From the NCBI GenBank assembly GCA_017694415.1, contig JADIMW010000068.1, forward strand, positions 1 to 61,565: DNA of 61,565 nt, read 5' to 3'. Made by a program: the position numbers and the translations under genes. This document shows positions 59,270 to 61,565 of this stretch, one piece after another. How positions within the stretch are numbered: position 1 is the stretch's first letter; each line of letters starts with the position of its first letter. Source of the DNA: Candidatus Caccoplasma merdipullorum. GTDB lineage: Bacteria > Bacteroidota > Bacteroidia > Bacteroidales > G3-4614. The notes under the pieces are model-generated. The model saw only the letters and a program-made list of their open reading frames with translations, did not search any database and was not told where the DNA came from.

Positions 59270-59313
59270 CAAAGAGACGTGTTGGGATTTTTCTCCGCGT
59301 CTCTTTGCTTTTT
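59270..59313 (+). terminator. Intrinsic terminator after purA
   Basis: CAAAGAGACG/CGTCTCTTTG inverted repeat followed by CTTTTT. Confidence 0.7.
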
Positions 59314-59598
59314 ATTTGATGATCGGCGGTGTGGTACGTTTTTTCGAATGCGGCTATTTTAAAAAAAAGGCGCTCCTGCCTTTATGCAAAGACTGGAGCG
59401 TCGGGATGTATTGTTTAAAACTTGCGGTCATCGTCTGCCGAACTCGTGTTTATGGTGAGAACGGGGAGATTTCGGGTCGGTTATGAGGGGCATCAACCTC
59501 TTATTAATAAGGGGTAAATGGGTTATTCTTTCTTGTAATGTTTCAAAAGCGAGGAATTCTTCTATCTTTGTAATCTATACGATTTAAAGATAGTTGTT

Positions 59599-60009
59599 AT
59601 GAAGAAGGATTTTATTTTCCTGCTGCTTTTCATATTCTTTTCTTTGACAGGAATAGCGCAAAACCGAAATTATCAGTTGTCCAGCCATATACTGGACATT
59701 CACACCGGGAAACCGGCTTCGGGTGTAAACATTATCTTGAGCAAACAAGATACTTCCGGACAGTGGAGCATAGTAGAGGAACGTATGACCGATGTGAACG
59801 GACGTGTAAAAGATTTTTTGGAGGAGACGCCCGACGGACACCGAGGAATCTATAAGCTGACGTATATGGTTGGACCTTACTTTGAATTGCAGGGACAGGA
59901 CTCTTTTTATCCGTTCATCGAGGTTGTTTTTCAAATAAAGGACAATGCTCATTATCATGTTCCCATCACGCTTTCGCCCTACGGTTATTCCACTTATCGG
60001 GGGAATTGA
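59599..60009 (+). CDS. uraH: Hydroxyisourate hydrolase (transthyretin-like), with signal peptide
   Basis: LSSHILD...GKPA, HYHVPITLSPYGYSTYRGN. Confidence 0.95.
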   Translation: MKKDFIFLLLFIFFSLTGIAQNRNYQLSSHILDIHTGKPASGVNIILSKQDTSGQWSIVEERMTDVNGRVKDFLEETPDGHRGIYKLTYMVGPYFELQGQDSFYPFIEVVFQIKDNAHYHVPITLSPYGYSTYRGN

Positions 60010-60164
60010 CGGGATTTTTCTACGACATGTATGTTTGAGGGAACTTTGATTTTATTTATTATGAAATTATACTTCGGTTATTTTCCGGTTGTTCTGTAAT
60101 AAAACCGGAACACCCCTGTCTCCATAAAAACAGGTGCGTTCCGGTATCATATTGCATATCAGAC

Positions 60165-60845
60165 TTATCGTCTGCCGTATCCGTGATGATGGTGCGGACG
60201 TGGTCTGTCGCAATCTGCCGGCGGCATGGGGCAATGTCCGGGACGCTGTCCGGGACGTGAAATCAAAAGATACTTCTCTGTTTGTTCGGCATTTAACACC
60301 CCTATCAGCTTGGCGTTATATTCGCTCTTTATGCTGTCCATTCCCATACGGAATTCTCTCATCCGGGGATTGTCGCATGCAGGGCTGCCTTTTACTCCGG
60401 CTCCTTTACCGTGTTTCTTATGGGGATGTTCGGGAGCATTCCCCCTATTCCACGGGCAACATGGCCTTCCGTAATAATCGCAATCGGGTCCGTATGCATA
60501 GGGACACCGTGTCGGCGGCAGCGGTTTTTCTTTATCGGCAACGGCATCACGGGAATCGGGTACATTCTTCGGTTCTGCTACAGGTTTAGCCGGTGTTGTT
60601 TGTGGTTGTGCCGCCCGTTTGTTTTCAATATAATCCTTGCGGGCATTTTCTTCGGCAAGTATTATATCATATACCTTTTTATACTGTTTATCGGAAAGTG
60701 CCAATGCATCTTTCAGGTGATTACTGCGCCTTTCTGCAATTTTTTCTACTGATGGTAATGTTTCTTGAGAAAAGGACTTCTGTGCAGGCACTAATAAAAG
60801 TGCTCCTGCAAACATCATTGCGATTTTAATTTTACTGTGTTTCAT
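60165..60845 (-). CDS. Secreted hypothetical protein (Spy/DUF4890-like helical repeats, Pro/His/Cys-rich)
   Basis: Signal peptide; L.LSDKQY.KV and L..VLNAEQ..KY. Confidence 0.7.
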   Translation of the reverse strand: MKHSKIKIAMMFAGALLLVPAQKSFSQETLPSVEKIAERRSNHLKDALALSDKQYKKVYDIILAEENARKDYIENKRAAQPQTTPAKPVAEPKNVPDSRDAVADKEKPLPPTRCPYAYGPDCDYYGRPCCPWNRGNAPEHPHKKHGKGAGVKGSPACDNPRMREFRMGMDSIKSEYNAKLIGVLNAEQTEKYLLISRPGQRPGHCPMPPADCDRPRPHHHHGYGRR

Positions 60846-60932
60846 ATGACTAATTTTTTGTTCTGTACTTTTTTGACCGTACTGTATGGGAAAAGTTTAA
60901 TCGGTTATGAAAAACAGTATTTTTTAACATTT

Positions 60933-61400
60933 CTATTGCGCAGTTCCTCGATATTGTCCTGCTCTGGATTCCTTTAATTTTGCAGCAAGACGTTCTGCTA
61001 TTTCGGGATATTCGTCTATTATGTTGTTTCTTTCGGATGGGTCGTTACCGATATTGAACAACGCTCCCGTTTTATAACTTCCCAACTCTATACCTGTATT
61101 TTTCTGTATCTCTGGAGCATCGCTCGGCTCGATATATTTCCACTCTCCTTCTATGATTGCCAATGTTCCACGGAGAGACTGTTGTATTATATATTCGCAA
61201 CCGGGAACGTCTTTTCCCATTAAAACATCGACATAGGAACGTCCGTCGGGTACGGCTTCTGCAGGTAATTCCGAATTTATTACGGATGCCATTGTCGGGA
61301 AGAAATCGACTTGCGAGAACATGTTCTGCTGCCGTATGCCGCCTTTTATCTTGTCAGGCCAACGAACGATGAACGGGATTCGCGTCCCTGCTTCGTATAT
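60933..61400 (-). pseudogene. C-terminal fragment of an arylsulfatase
   Basis: The frame extends upstream of the listed ORF to IYEAGTRIPFIVRWP...SQVDFFPT...WKYI...LFNI.NDP.E..N. An in-frame TAG lies at 61425-27 and no N-terminal catalytic domain follows. Confidence 0.75.
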
Positions 61401-61565
61401 GCCCTCAAATCCGCAACTACGCGCCTATATGATACAGAAGCGAAAATAATCTGCATCGTTAGTAAAAAGGGGGCACAGTGCATCGAATGTCACCATAAAG
61501 ACATATAAACGCCCCTTACCCCACCATGCGACTTGAGGCAATACGCAAAGTCACGACCATAAGTT

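Overview
Bacteroidales chromosomal window, judged from the TAnnTTTG-type promoters, a T9SS cargo protein and the gene set. Positions 16.1-61.5 kb are mostly ordinary core and metabolic genes. They include a redox/TonB/Tat operon, a MocR regulator with an aminotransferase, GH84, rimM-murA-tsaB, yicC-gmk-nadD, rfbACDB, groSL, recQ, GH29 with a GEVED T9SS protein, fur-purA and uraH. The interesting part is an integrase-less, phage-derived island of about 14.8 kb (1228-16050) directly behind tRNA-Pro(TGG). It holds an excisionase-like HTH gene, a PI-PLC-like gene and a fragmented ~12.5 kb 'large polyvalent protein' gene (PBECR-, ParB-, GNAT-, zincin-, LPD- and MuF-C-like modules). The main observation is that the 3' end of essentially every nuclease-like module carries a complete small transcription unit on the opposite strand. 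Each unit has a Bacteroidetes -33/-7 promoter (usually 19-20 nt spacer), a 65-125 nt strongly base-paired RNA and a U-tract, and paralogous copies show compensatory base changes. Downstream of the gene (about 2.0-2.6 kb) the same RNA units occur as a tandem array stripped of their protein domains. Other modules instead carry small acidic ORFs overprinted in another frame, one with its own promoter. I infer a multi-effector protein in which each toxic domain travels with a cognate RNA or peptide partner, plus an orphan-RNA array. Expression and function are untested, domain names come from motif recognition rather than database searches, and folds were read by eye.
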